Source: Selaginella moellendorffii (taxonomy: Eukaryota; Plantae; Lycopodiophyta). Taken from it: a stretch of DNA of 64,000 nucleotides. The notes beneath the pieces were generated by a model. The model ran no database searches, was not told where the DNA came from, and saw only the letters and a program-made list of their open reading frames with translations. The position numbers and the translations under genes are program-made. The stretch spans positions 157,477 through 221,476 of the forward strand of contig NW_003314359.1 of assembly GCF_000143415.4 (NCBI RefSeq), given 5' to 3'. Shown here one piece after another: positions 24,784-37,741 of the stretch (its first letter is position 1; each line of letters begins with the position of its first letter).

Positions 24784-26583
24784 TTACTTTTTGAGGAGGG
24801 CATTGACAGAGTTGACGGTGAGGAAGCCAGCCATGAGTTTGCCGCTGGTCATCCTCAGGTCGTCGATAATGTAGCTCCAAGTCGAGCCTAGCACCCCCAC
24901 GAAGAAATCACACTCGGCAGCCATCACCAAGTTGACGTAGCTAGCGTCGAAAGCTTGCCTGCTTCCCAGCGACGCCATATACTCGGCCATGCTCACCGTC
25001 CCAACTTGCCTTGGAATGTCGCTGTAGTAAAAGTTCCACTCCTTGTACTCCTTGGATTCCTCCACCACATTCTAAAACACAGTCAAAGTTTTAATGGCCG
25101 CGAGCTCGGAAGAAAATGGCTTACCTGCATTTCCGTGGAAAGCCACACGTTTCGCAAGTGTGGAAACCTCCTGCGAAGAACGTTTGCAAGCTTCATGTAC
25201 TCCTCGAACGAGATTACTTGCATCTCCTTGGCTTTGTCTCCCTGCCTCACATGAATGCTCACCAGAGGCCGCGGCATCCAGGGGCCATAGCTGCTCCACA
25301 CCAGCTCCTCCAGGGGATTGCTCTCGTTGAGTTGCAAGCCAGCGGGCCATTCGCTGGCGGGAAGAGTTTTGATCACGAGCTTGGCTGCTTCCTCGCCGAA
25401 GGCCTTGTGCCTCTCTTGGTTGAGGAGGTTGCACAGGTACTCACTGGGATATCGCGTAAGGTAGCGCAGTGCCTGGATCAATCAAACTCTTCAAAGTTGT
25501 TTTCTCAAATAACAAAAAGCAGCGCTTAGACTTGCCTGAGCTCTCCACCATCTTCGATGGTTTGCGCTGTAATTCAGGAGCTTGCAGTCGAGCCCCACCG
25601 TTGGTTGCATTGCCTTCCATGGCTCCCCCCAGAAGCTACATAGTTTTCAAAACAACAATGTCAAGAAAAGCAATAGATATCAAATTCTCACCTTGGAACC
25701 GGACCATCCCATTGATCCCCGCTAAACTCCTTGATAATTCCCTCGTCCCAAGCCTCCTTCTGCGACGAAAGCTGCAATGCCCTGGCGATGCACTCCTCGG
25801 ACGCCTCAAGAGCAAAGTAGCATGACCAGCGAGCGTGGTTGGCTCCTAAAGAAAGACCAGCTCTACCTGGTAAAAGGAATTATTCAAGTTAAGAACCTGT
25901 GCATCCTTCGTGCCTGGCGCCGTGGTAGTCTTTGGTGATGAAAACCCGGCCTTGGATCAGTGCCGCTCCAAACATCCCAGCCATGGACACCATGTCCGAT
26001 CCAACTCCAACAGAGTCCCGCGTCTCGTCGTGGTGCCAAAAAGCCAGTAAAAACCTCGCGTTGCTACAGTTTTTGGGGTTCTGGTGCAACCATAGCTCGC
26101 GTTGGACACGTCGTGTTAGCGGGAGATTATCTTCATCACCGCCATTCGCCTGTAAGAGCCAAACGAGAGAAAGAACAAGAGTTTCTCGGGTAAGTTATAG
26201 CTTCTAAAGAGTCGTACCCATGGAATAGTCGTCTCTGGAACATGGACGCTGTTAAGTTCCTGTCCTTGTTGGAGAAATCCTTTGAACCTCCAGGATGGAT
26301 CTTCGCGGCGATCATACGTCGCTTTAGCCTCGGTGACTCGCCTGCAATCTTGGATGTGCGGTGCATTGATCGTCGCCTTTCTGGAACTCGATCGGTCATC
26401 CAACTCGCTGCTCCACAGGTCGACGAGAAGCTTGGCTTTGCTCGCCGCAGCAGCGGTCGCAGAAGTTAATCCCGCAGTAGTCGTAGCTGTTGTATCCTGT
26501 TTCATCCAGTTCATTCGAAAACCGATCAGGACAACCAAGTTCAAAGACAATATCCAAAACAGGAGCCCTTTGAAAGAATCCAT
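24784..26583 (-). CDS. Type II membrane alpha-1,6-fucosyltransferase-like (GT23-like, At5g28910-type) protein
   Basis: N-terminal TM (LLFWILSLNLVVLIGF), LPLTRRVQRELWLHQNPKNC, the GDP-fucose motif SIHVRQGDK, VWLSTEMQ and AAECDFFVGVLGSTW. Confidence 0.8.
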
Positions 26584-27155
26584 CTGGATGGTGGCGTGTT
26601 TTCTTCTTTCTTCATCGGGTCGAGGCTTTCTAGACTTGGTACGGAAAAGCGTGACAGAGTGCGAGCACCTAACTAGACGATCACACTTGGTATGCTCAAA
26701 ACATTCCAGTAAGGACGAGGGGACGACGAATGTGTAAGGAAAGAAAGCGTGATGAACTTCCAAGGCCAGCAGAAGAAGTGTGAATCAGATAGATGGATAT
26801 GACTTACTGCGTTTGTGTTCTTCACCACGATCTAGTAACTCCAGGCACTGAAACATGTAAAATAGTGTATCCAGAAAAGTCACTCAAAGAAACTACTAAC
26901 GCGTGAATCTGCGGAAGGAGCTTGAGTGTGAGCAGGAGCCAAGTCCAAACGCGAGCCCGAGCAAAAGCCCGAGTATGTGCTCGAGCCCGACGTTAGTCGA
27001 TGAAAAGAAGAATTTAAGACGAAAGGATACTTCCAAGCTTTTCGCTTCTCCGAAAAATAAACTATCCAAGTCCGTACCTGCATTGTGGAAGAACGCAAGA
27101 TACTATTTTTCTTTCGCATAAACCTTAAAAGCCTTAAATGGCAGTTAAAAAGCTA

Positions 27156-29354
27156 TTACCATCCCCATCGTCCAAACAAGCCTTTCTTCTTCTCTTTGAG
27201 ACGAGCTTCCAACGACGGGAACTCGATGGAATTGATGGCCGTGTCCAGGAATATGGGACGGCAAGGGACGGCCTTGAAAGCGGGAGGGACTTGTGAGATT
27301 CGCGGTGCCGCGCCAGGCGAGCCCAAGGCTGACTTATACTTGTCCAGCTGAGAAAGAAGATAGTTATCCTGGAACAAGGAAACCAGCTCAAGCCAATGCA
27401 ATCGAATCGAGAGAGCTACGAGTACCTTTGATTCCGCGAGACTCAGGGAGGAAACTCCTTCTTGGGCTTCTTGTTGCTTCTCGAGGCTCTGCATCACACC
27501 TCGGGCATGGGCCAAAAGACTTTCACTTCTGCATTGGCCTATAAGCTCCTGTATTTCTTCCACCAGGGATTCGTTCTTCTTTTGAAGCCGGAGCGCGGAC
27601 TCGGCATGCTCACGAGCACGCCCAAGCAACGCAAATGCTTCGGCGTGTTGGCCTGCGAGGCTATACGCTTGTGCGAGATGAAAGCATCTAGAAAATGCAA
27701 TCGGTCAGTGGAGCAAATTATATGCTTAAGCGCAGGCTTGTTACCTCTCAGCGCGGTAGAGAACCTGGCTCGCAGACAACTCCAGGGCATACTTTTCTTC
27801 CTCGTCCGTTTTCTCTCTTCCAGATGTTGCCAAATCGGTTAGCTCCATAAGGTTCTGCAGTCAAGAGAGCGTTAGCCATCTTTCCTTGCAGCTTGCAGAA
27901 GTACTTACAGTGTTTAAAGTATCGCAGAGTGTCACGATCTCTTGAAGCGTTGCAAGATCCTGCTGCCGACTCAGCCGGCTCTTGGCTATAGACAATTGCA
28001 GTCTGGCACGCTCGATCGTTCCTGCAAAAATCAAGCAGCTAACAGCTTTGTCCAGCCCGATCAACGAGTCCCGCAAATTGTCAGCATTTCCAGCTGTTGC
28101 CAGGTCCTCGCGTATGTTCTTCCTCGCCTCTTGATAACCTCCTAGGATTTTCTCGTACAGTCCCTGTTTTTTCTCCGCTGTCGAGGAAGATCCAAGCTCT
28201 CTTTCAAGATTTTGAACTGTAACATCAGACAAAGAAGATGAGAACAAAAAATAAAGCAATGTCTTCAACGTTAGACTAACCTTTCAAGACACAAGCTCGT
28301 GTCTTGATATTATGAACTGGGAATTTGTGTCCTAACCAGGTGACACAAACTGTTGAGATCTCTTCTTGTGTTTTGACTTCTACCATAACAGCCTGCAATG
28401 CTTAAGAGTCATAAACAATACTTCAGAGTTGTAAAGGTCGTACCTCTAATTTACCATGCAGTTCCCGGTCTGATTCATCCTCAGGACCTTCCGCATCGTC
28501 CATCTGCTGGAGAGAATGCAAGCAATGGCGAATGTTTTGTTCAATTTCTTCGACACGCTGCTTGTAAAGGATCTGATTGTCAGCGTCTCCATACCGTCCA
28601 AGTTCTTCGTAGATGATCCTGTTTCACAGAGATTAAAAAAAAAACATATTCCACGTAATCAGTGTCTTACCGAGCATTCTTGAACTTTCTCAAAGCAAAT
28701 TGCCAGTTCCTCTCGGCATCTACAAGAAGAAGTCCCCTCAAGTAGGAAGCATACGCCTTCCAGTCAAAGAAAAATGAGAACTTGAAGAAACGAGAGACTG
28801 ATTCCTTACCGTGGCCTCGAGCGCTGTCCTAGGATTTGCTTTCTCATTGCAAAGAGACTCGAGTAAATCTGCCCACTTGCAGGCTTTTCTCAATCGTCCA
28901 AGCCAGTGATACCGCCCTTTCCCAGTTGGAGCTTCTTCTTTGAGATGCATAGCTTGGCTCCAAGCTCTCTCGGCCAAGTAGAGGGCAATGTGGAGATGCC
29001 TGTCAAGAGAAAACATATCTTGAGCGCGTCAAGCTCGTCCTCTTAGCCTCAAACCTGACTTCCGAGACGTTGGCGACTCCCAGAGGCTTCTTCACGTATC
29101 TCCCCCGGCCGTGAGTAAACTTGACCGATTTGTACAGCCGCCGCAGCCGATTCGTGCAGTACTCCTTGTAGCGCTTGTAATCCTTGTGGCGCAATCCATG
29201 CTCCGCTTGCGAAGCATTGATCATCTCCAGCACTGGCGAGACCACAGAGAGAGAAATTGGCACCGAAATCGCTCCGATCTACTCGCGACTTACATCCGAA
29301 GGAGAATCCCTGCCGCTGCGGCTGCGCTGCGCCTGCCGCAGCCTCCACCTCCAT
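27156..29354 (-). CDS. SRP68: Signal recognition particle subunit SRP68
   Basis: SQAEHGLRHKDYKRYKEYCTNRLRRL, LYLAERAWSQAM, and a C-terminus PPAFKAVPCRPIFLDTAINSIEFPSL...KKGLFGRWGW. Confidence 0.94.
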
Positions 29355-29631
29355 CGCCTCCACTTCAAGAACCCTAACCCCTGCCTAAGCAAAAATGCCG
29401 TAAGAAAAATAAGGATATTCGCCGTCCAAGGTACAAGAATATTCCCAAGCATTGACCAGCGGTCAAGATTTTTTATTCCAGGCAAATCCTCGCTGGGAGG
29501 AAGAATAGCCAGCAATGTTTGAATTTCTGTGCACACTCATCCAAGGCCTTTTAGAAGCGTTTCTTGGGAGAGAAGAGGAGAGGGATTTTCTTTCTTTCTT
29601 CCTTGGCCTTTAATAGAGCTCGCTCCTCCAA

Positions 29632-31460
29632 ATGAAGGCGGAGGCCGCCATGGAGGCGGCGGGCGCTCCTCCTCCGCCAGGCGCGATCGACAAGGACGAT
29701 GACGGCCGCCCCAAGCGCCAAGGTATGCGATGAGGATCCACGGATTTCCAGCGTTCTTGGAGCCTTGTTTTGATTTCCATTCCCCCAAATCTTCCAGGGA
29801 CGGTGTGGTCGGCGGCCGCTCACGTAATCACTGGCGTGATTGGATCCGGGGTCCTCTCCCTGGCCTGGAGCTTCGCGCAGCTGGGATGGATCGCCGGCCC
29901 GATTGTGCTGCTCATCTTTGCTTACTTGACTTATTACACCTCGGCCTTGCTAGCCGATTGCTACAGGTTCCCGGATCCCACCACTGGGAAGCGGAACTAT
30001 CGATACAAAGACGCTGTGAAAGTCACATTGGGTGAGTGTTCTTGTTCTCTTCTCTTTTAGTTTTTTCTTCCAATGGTCATTTTTTTCCAACTTCTTTGTT
30101 GTCCTTGTAGGGAGAGTGGAATTGTGGCTGTGCGCGCTGGCTCAGTACAGTAATTTGGCTGCCACTGCGGTGGGATACACTGTTACCGGTGCTTTGAGCA
30201 TGGCGTAAGTGTTTTTCTCTTTCAAGCGTTGAATGACTGATTCGTTTGTTTCTTTTTTCTTTCGCAGAGCAATCGCTCGAGCGAATTGCCTTCACACCAA
30301 AGGCTCGAAAGCGTTGGGATGCGGTGTCTCCGTCAATCTGTACGTGACGGCCTTCGGGTTGATCCAGCTCGTTTTCTCGCAAATCCCAAACTTCCACGAG
30401 CTATGGTGGCTTTCGTACCTTGCGACAGCCATGTCCTTCACGTATTCAACAATCGTCTTGGTCCTGGGGCTGGCGAAACTTATAGGCATGTATGTTTTGG
30501 ATTTATTTTTATTTTTTTGTTTTTTTTTTCTCGCAACGCATATCTCAACTCTACATGAATTCGCAGGAAACGGTCGTGTTTCTGGTAGTCCTGGTGGTCT
30601 AGTGACGACCCCGGCTCAAAAGACTTGGGCGGTGTTCCAGGCGCTGGGAAACGTTGCGTTTGCCTACTCGTTTTCAATGATTCTGATCGAAATTCAGGTA
30701 GCCATCACGACAAAGCTCTCTATCCAGCACACATCTCACGGTTTTTTATTCGACAGGACACGCTAAGATCAACACCCCCAGAGAACAAGACAATGAAGAA
30801 GGCAACACTCGTTGGAGTATTAGCCACGACTGCCTTCTACATGTCAATCGCCTGTGTCAACTACGCGGCCTTTGGTGATTCTGCTCCTGGAAACTTACTG
30901 AGCCAAGGCTTCGAAAAGCCTTACTGGCTCATTGACTTTTCAAACGCTTGCATCGTTCTCCACTTGGTTGGAGCTTACCAGGTAAGGATCAATGTAAGAA
31001 CTCTCCTCTGAAAACCAACTTGGCATGGAACTTCCATCAGGTGTACAGTCAGCCTCTATTCGATTTCGTCGAAGCCTGGGCACTGGAGAAATGGCCACAC
31101 AGCGCTCTCAACACCACTCACAAGATCAAGCTCCTTCACTGGAGGTACTCCACCACGCTCTTCCGGCTCGTCTGGAGAAGCCTCTTCGTGATAGCAACCA
31201 CAGTGATAGCCATGGCGATCCCCTTCTTCAACGACGTGCTGGGTTTGCTGGGCGCGATGGGCTTCTGGCCTCTCACCGTCTACTTCCCGATCCAGATGCA
31301 CATCAAGCAAGCCCAGATCAAAACGTGGTCGATGCGGTGGCTCAAGCTCCAAGCCATCAGCGCGTTTTGTCTAGTCATCTCCATCGCCGCGGGTATCGGA
31401 TCCATCGAAGGGATCTACCAGGACCTCAAGGCTTATACTCCCTTCCACGCTAATTTCTAA
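29632..31460 (+). CDS. AAP: Amino acid permease (AAP family)
   Basis: DDDGRPKRQ/GTVWSAAAHVITGVIGSGVLSLAWSFAQLGW, SQIPNFHELWWLS, FQALGNVAFAYSFSMILIEIQDT, FWPLTVYFP. Confidence 0.95.
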
Positions 31461-31555
31461 AGAGCGCTAAGATTTCAATTTAAATTTGCTAACGTAATTT
31501 TCACTTAACCTCTGAAATGTTCTTGTCTGCTTGTTGAAAGAGTCCGCCTTCTATA

Positions 31556-32717
31556 ATGGAGCTTGAGCAAAGAATGTCTGTGCTCATCACTGGAGCCGGT
31601 TCTGGAATTGGTATAGCTAAGTGTTGATTTTGGTCTGATCTGTTTCTCTTGTTCTTCTCTCCAGGCAGAGCCTTGGCTGTGGCTCTTGCTAAGAAAGGTA
31701 CAAGCATATCTGTGCTCGATATTGTTGAGAAAAATGCCCTGGAGACGCTTGAGATGGTCAAGCAGGAGTATGAGAAGCTGCAGGTTGAAGACAAACCTTC
31801 TACGATATGTATTCGGTGTGATGTAGCAAAACCAGGTAAAGCATAGCCCCAATCCAAAGCAACTTGTCTTCCAGCTGATTTTATTTGTGATTACAACAGA
31901 TGAGGTCTCGTCCGCATTTGAACAGCACATCGCCGTCTTCAAAAGTCTGGACATTTGCATCAACTGTGCTGGAGTAGCTCATACGAGTGATTTCATTGAC
32001 GACGAGCAGGGGCTTTGGCGTCGACTTGTCGATGTCAACCTGAATGGCACAATAGAGTGCAGTCGACTTGAAGTAAAGAATTTTGCCTTGTTTTGCTACT
32101 TCTGTAAGCAGATCCTCTCTTGTTTGCTGCAGATTAAGGCCATGAAATCCCTTGGTAAACCAGGATGTATCATAAACTTTGCATCTGCCTTGGGACTCTA
32201 TCCAGCACCATGTGCACCAATTTACGCTGCGTCCAAAGGTTTGATTCATGAATGGTGAAGAACATAGAATTTCATTTTCTGATATGATCTGTTTCCCTGT
32301 GCACAGCCGGTGTTGTCATGCTGACAAGATCACTGGTGAATCTTCGAAGCGAAGGAATCCGAGTAAATGTTGTTTGCCCTGAGGTCTGATATATATGCGT
32401 ATCCTATGTCTGCAACATAGTAACAGGTGCTTCCTCGTTTTAGTTCGTAGACACACCTATGGGAAACCTTTTACCAGTTACCATGATCGATGCTGCTGAT
32501 GGCTTCATTCCAATGGAGAAAGTTATCAATGGTGAGCCAGTTTTAAATATGTGATTGTCTACAAACAGAGATTTCAGGAGTGTTTGAGCTCATTGAAGAC
32601 GAGAGCAAAGCTGGATGCTGCCTATGGATAACTCAAAGGCACGGTGTCAAATACTGGCCTTGCAGTGAGCAAGAGCAAACCTACTCGGATGAGACTATTT
32701 GTATTTTTGGGAGCTAG
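31556..32717 (+). CDS. Short-chain dehydrogenase/reductase (15-hydroxyprostaglandin dehydrogenase-like)
   Basis: Rossmann motif VLITGAGSGIG, CINCAGV, catalytic YAASK, GIRVNVVCPEFVDTP. Confidence 0.9.
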
Positions 32718-33140
32718 CCTCATATTTGAGAGTATGCACATATCTATAATTTATATATCAAGATTATAGAATAAACAAAAATATACTAGAAATTTTATAA
32801 ATTACAAACAAAATACAAAAATAATCTAAATGAAGAACAATGGTTAAATGGTAAAATATTCTAGGATATTCAAGCATATTTTAAGTATATCCACTACCAC
32901 CTTGCTTAAGCAAACCAAAAATAATTTAAATAATAATATAAACATAAAAACGTTATCTTGAATAACTTGGCTCACACAAATGCAAATGGACAACCTTATA
33001 TCTGAGATATTGCAGTCATTGACATGGAATCTAGATTGTAGGCCACCAGAAAGTAAAGCCACTTCTTATAGAAACCTTTCGAAAAACCTAGAAATAAATC
33101 CTTCCTATTATATCAAATGAGGTGTCCACAAAATTCCATT

Positions 33141-33946
33141 ATGTGCTATGCCATCGTCATGCTGGGTCCCAAGGATACCGGCATGAGCACACTGCTAGTG
33201 AAAGAATCACACAGGGCGAACGTTGAGAAGTTGCCCGACTTCAAATCAATGAGAAAGATAGGCAGAGCTTGGTCCAGATATCCCTGAGAGATGTGCTTGC
33301 TTCCGCGCTGGGGAATGGAGGCTCAGATCACAGAGGTAACAACTGGATCGGGAAGTTGTCTTCTGGAGGGAAAGCTGCTGTTGATCCGGCTAACTTCTTC
33401 TCGAGAATGCAAGACGAGGCGAACAAAGCATCCAGCTTGTCGCCGGTGCTGCGGTGTTTCAAGAATTTCGTCCTGGACACAGTTACGATTGGCAGGACAA
33501 GTATCGGAACGAGCACTAGAGTTTTTGGCGTGCCTGACGAAACAGAAGCAGGCGGCGCTTGTGGTTTTGGCATATTCGGTCGACCCACACTTTCAGGGAC
33601 TCTATCAATGGTTCGGGCTTGGAAACTTCAGCAAGTCTGACGCAGAGGCGTTCTTCCGGAATTGTTGCCTGAACAACGCACAACGAGCGGCATTCAACAA
33701 CAAGAGCTGGGACGAGCTGTTCAAGCACACATAGGCGGCTCTCCCTCGATGCTAATGACAGCAGCGGAGTTGGGACTGGAGATGGAATGGGGGAAAGTGG
33801 CGTCGCGAATGAGAGAGGACGCCGGGTCTGGTCTCCTCGCTCGTCTTGCTCGAAGCAGCCCCGACTACACTCGTGGTGATGCTGCCATGGTTTTGGACGA
33901 GCTTGTAGCCAGGGATGACTTGATAGACAAGCTTGGCTCAAGCTGA
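33141..33946 (+). pseudogene. Frameshifted P-loop ATPase remnant (STAND/ATPase_2-like)
   Basis: AIVMLGPKDTGMSTLL is a Walker A motif with K->M. ...QDEAN is Walker B-like and lies in another frame. LGNFSKSDAEAFF...WDELFKH is frameshifted into IGGSPSML (GxP motif). Confidence 0.55.
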
Positions 33947-34206
33947 ATCTCAGGCCAAGATTAATCCTTTATTCGCCGTGGCATCTACTGTGTCCATGAT
34001 TCTAACAAGTAGACATTGCCATGCCGCTAGATTGTGCCTGTGGATGAAGCCCATCGTCTGTTTGAAGCCAGTTGAACGTTCAACATTCTCTTTAGCTGTA
34101 AATATTTAATTTCTTGGTCATACAGTCAACTGTCAACGTTCAACTGTGAGCATTTTAAACTATAAAGAAAGCCCCGAGAGCCGGCATTTAGGGTTCTTCT
34201 TGCGCG

Positions 34207-34729
34207 ATGCCGAGGGTCCGGACGAGCAAGGTCGAGTACCCGGAGGGATGGGCCATGATCGAGGAGACGCTCAACTCCTTCGACGGCAAGATGCGCGAAG
34301 GTAAGCAAGCTAAGCGCCGCTAAGATTTCGGCTCCCCGCGAGGATGATGAAAATATTATCCCTTGTTGTGCTCTCTCTTGCGCAGCTGTGAATGAATCCG
34401 ACGACGGCAAGAGGATTTGCGAGGCGTCGTGGCCGATTTTCAAGATCGCGCACCAGAAGAGCCGCTACATATACGATCTCTACTACAAGAAGAAGGAGAT
34501 TTCGAAGGAGCTCTACGACTTCTGCGTCGATCAGAACTACGTGGACAAGAACCTCATTGCCAAGTGGAAGAAGCCCGGCTACGAGCGGCTGTGCTGCCTG
34601 AGATGCATCCAGCCCAGGGATCACAACTTCGGGACGAACTGCCTGTGCCGGGTGCCTCGCGAGAGCAGGGAAGTGAAAGTCCTGGAATGCATCCAGTGTG
34701 GCTGCAAGGGTTGCGCCAGTGGTGACTAG
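34207..34729 (+). CDS. BUD31: BUD31/G10 splicing factor (2 exons)
   Basis: [65 protein letters not shown]. Confidence 0.96.
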
Positions 34730-35003
34730 AAGGCACGGCAAGCAAGCGATCTAGAAAGCACGCGAGGAGAATGATCTCTACTATCACTGTAAATCGCTAC
34801 TGGCTGCCTCCTTCGCTTTTAAATAAGAGCGAGCTTAACTTTGTGTTCTTCCTCGTTTGCTTCCTTCTCCTTTTTCTTCTCTCTTTGTGCTCACGGCTTA
34901 CAGGTCTTTGAAGCTCCCCTCCAAGCAAGCTTGGTGAGTTCCTGTGCTTTGGACTTGGTTATCTTCTCACTTTTTTCACTGCTTTTGTAGGGTTCTTGAG
35001 AGG

Positions 35004-36013
35004 ATGAGTTCTTCCAGAGCTGGACTTTTGCTACTGTGTGTCTGGTTCGTGGTCGTAGCATGCGTTTCCAGGAATGAAGCGTTCGTGGGCTACTCAGAGG
35101 TTTCTTTAGCTACTGCTAGTACTGGTGCCAGCAACCAGAATTTTCGAGAAAACGGTTTGTCCAGCGATGGGTTGTCAAGATCTGGCCTGACCCTCTTGAT
35201 TGTTGTTACAGTTTCTCTCTTTGAGCGGCCAGACTGCTTGCTTTTCTCCACCGAATTTGGGGTCTGTAAGATTTTGCGCTCTCTTAAAAATTAAACTGGT
35301 TTAAGAAACAGGAGATCGAGGTCGAGCTTGCAACCACAGCTGCTCCTGAGACAGTATCTTTCATCAAGGCAAGTAGAGGAGATTATATCCCGAGTACACT
35401 TCTAAGTTTTGGAGTTTTGCCGCAGGATCTGGTTGCCAAAGGCACATACAATGGTTGTAGTTTTTATCGAGCTGAACCACCTGGTGATACATATGATCAA
35501 GGTAGCACAGTTCCTCGGAAAGGGTACTGTTTTGTAGTTCACTGCTTTGGTCTGTTGATGCGAAACCGAAAACATGTAACAGGTATGCGCTTGTACAAGG
35601 TGGTTTATTCTCGTGCGGAAAGCAGCAGGACGTCGACCTGCCTGTTGAGTCCAGATGGAAGCACACCAAAGGAACAGTGTCGTTGATCACGGTAGGCTTT
35701 CTTTTTACTTCCGTCTCCTTACTAACCAGCTTCGATTTTCAGCGCACAAGCGAGTTTTTCTTCAGTCTCGAAGACCATCCGGAGTGGGATGGCAGCTTTT
35801 CCGTATGGGGAAAGGTAATTCTCGACTTCGAATGGCGACTATTGTGATGCCTGCCGTATCTCGCAGGTCGCTAGTGCCTCGGGCTTCTCCGCGTTGGAGC
35901 GAATCGCTGCCCTTCCAACGCATCAAGAAGTCCACCCGAGCGGAACTGTTATGAGAATACTCTCTAAAGAAGTGACATTTTCCCTGGCTCTCAAACCGAG
36001 CCGAGACAACTAG
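35004..36013 (+). CDS. Secreted cyclophilin-like domain protein (At4g17070-type)
   Basis: Signal peptide, then a spliced reading FSTEFG/EIEVELATTAAPETVSFIK/DLV..GCSFYRAE..GYALVQG..EFFFSLEDHPEWDGSFSVWGKV..ERIAALPT. Confidence 0.8.
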
Positions 36014-36186
36014 ACAAGACGATCTCATACCGAGACAAGACGATCTGAAATCGAGGAACTAGACAAGATTGGCAACAGAGACTCAAAGCTTTAACTTGGA
36101 AACGAATCGCACCAGCAGCGGCAAAAACTTATTGAGACGCGGAGTCGTCGGCTCCACTTATTATTGGAGATCTTCAACCGTGACGA

Positions 36187-36954
36187 TCACGGAGCAGCAG
36201 CGGCAGCAGCGACAACCTCCTGCCATGCCGGTCGCGACGAGATCTTCTCCCACCACGCGCTGACGTTCTTCTTGGAGGTGACGACGTCACCCTTCTTGGC
36301 CACGTTGATGAGATAGTGGAGATACGGGACGTGCGAGAGGTCGGCCAGTGAGAAGAAGCTGCCGGCAAGGTAGTCCTGGGAGGCGAGGTGGCTCTCGTAG
36401 ATGGCCAGCACCGAGTCGAGCTTCTTGAGGTTGCTCTCCACCACCTCCTGGTCCGGGGTGAGGCCGCGGAACTTGGAGAAGACCAGCTGGAAGACGATGG
36501 TGGAGATTGGGGGGTTGAAGTTCTGGGACTCCACTTCCAGCCACTGCTCGACCAGTGCTCGGTCCTCGGGGGTTTTGCCGTAGAGCGGCTCTCCTTTGGG
36601 AGACAAGTCACAGATGTAACGGGAGATCGCTCGGGATTCTGCATTTTGGGGGAAGAACTTTCGCCGTCAGGGATTGAAATGTCTTCCGAGTTACTCACCG
36701 AAGAGGGTCAGGCCTTTGTTCTCGAGCACAGGGATCTGTCCGAAGGGCTACGCACAGGGAATGTGAGGAAAGGATTAGTTTTCCGAGATTTTGGGAAAGA
36801 TGTGTACCTGTTTGGCGAGGAACTGAGGGTCCTTGTGCTCTCCGGCGGCCATATTGACGGGAACCAGCTCGTAATCGAGGCTCTTCTCCTTGAGGGTGTA
36901 GAGGACCCGGCCAGTGCAAGTTGACATGGGGATGCCATAGATCTTGATCGCCAT
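36187..36954 (-). CDS. GSTF: Glutathione S-transferase, phi class (3 exons)
   Basis: MAIKIYGIPMSTCTGRVL, GEHKDPQFLAKQ/PFGQIP, ESRAISRY, VEQWLEVESQNF, YLAGSFFSLADLSH. Confidence 0.95.
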
Positions 36955-37561
36955 TGCTTGGAGATCTGGTGCAAGAGCGAGGGGATCACAAGTTCGTCCA
37001 GCACAAAAGTGGAAGCTTGCGGCGGTGACAAGAACGACATACCTTCTCTTCCACACCTCGCTAGATATTCTTCTAGGGAGGCCCTCTCGTTTATAGCAAC
37101 TTTGGAGGACCCACGCAGCCTGGGTGTGCATTAATGCAAGTTAATGAATTTCGAAGAGGATCTAATCCGAGCATATTCTATGCCCAATTAAGAATAGCTA
37201 GGATATACTTACCATATATTTGGATAGAATATATTCTAATAAAAAAACAGAGAGTGAGAGAAAGAGTTTATAATTTATAAATGGAAATGCTCAATGATGA
37301 CATTGCACAGTAGTTATAATTGTAATTATCAAATTTTTTTTTATCATTTTCAATAATCTGAACCAGGAAAGACTTGGTCTTTGTAAGTGTTTATATTGCA
37401 ATAACAATTGGGATTGGGATTGTAACTTTCAGAACAGTCTGGAAGCTCATTCAAGTGGAGGAGGATATACCAACCCTCATGGAAATAACACAACATTTAC
37501 TTATAGACATTGTGGTAAATCATATAGTGTTAAATTACATGTCTATAAAATTTTAAAGTTT

Positions 37562-37592
<31 letters not shown>

Positions 37593-37741
37593 GATCTTTG
37601 GAGAAATTATTGTATTGATAAATATTTAGATATGATATCTACATTTAAATACATGAGCATTCCCAACATATAGTTGCCATTTCTACGGTGAAATAATATA
37701 TTTATAGATCGAAATAAGCAGCTGAAATAGATCAATGCAAT

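Noticed and set aside
27022-27030. Perfect U12-type donor GTATCCTTT on the minus strand
   Set aside because: It lies outside any coding exon junction and has no clear TCCTTAAC branch site, so it is likely chance.
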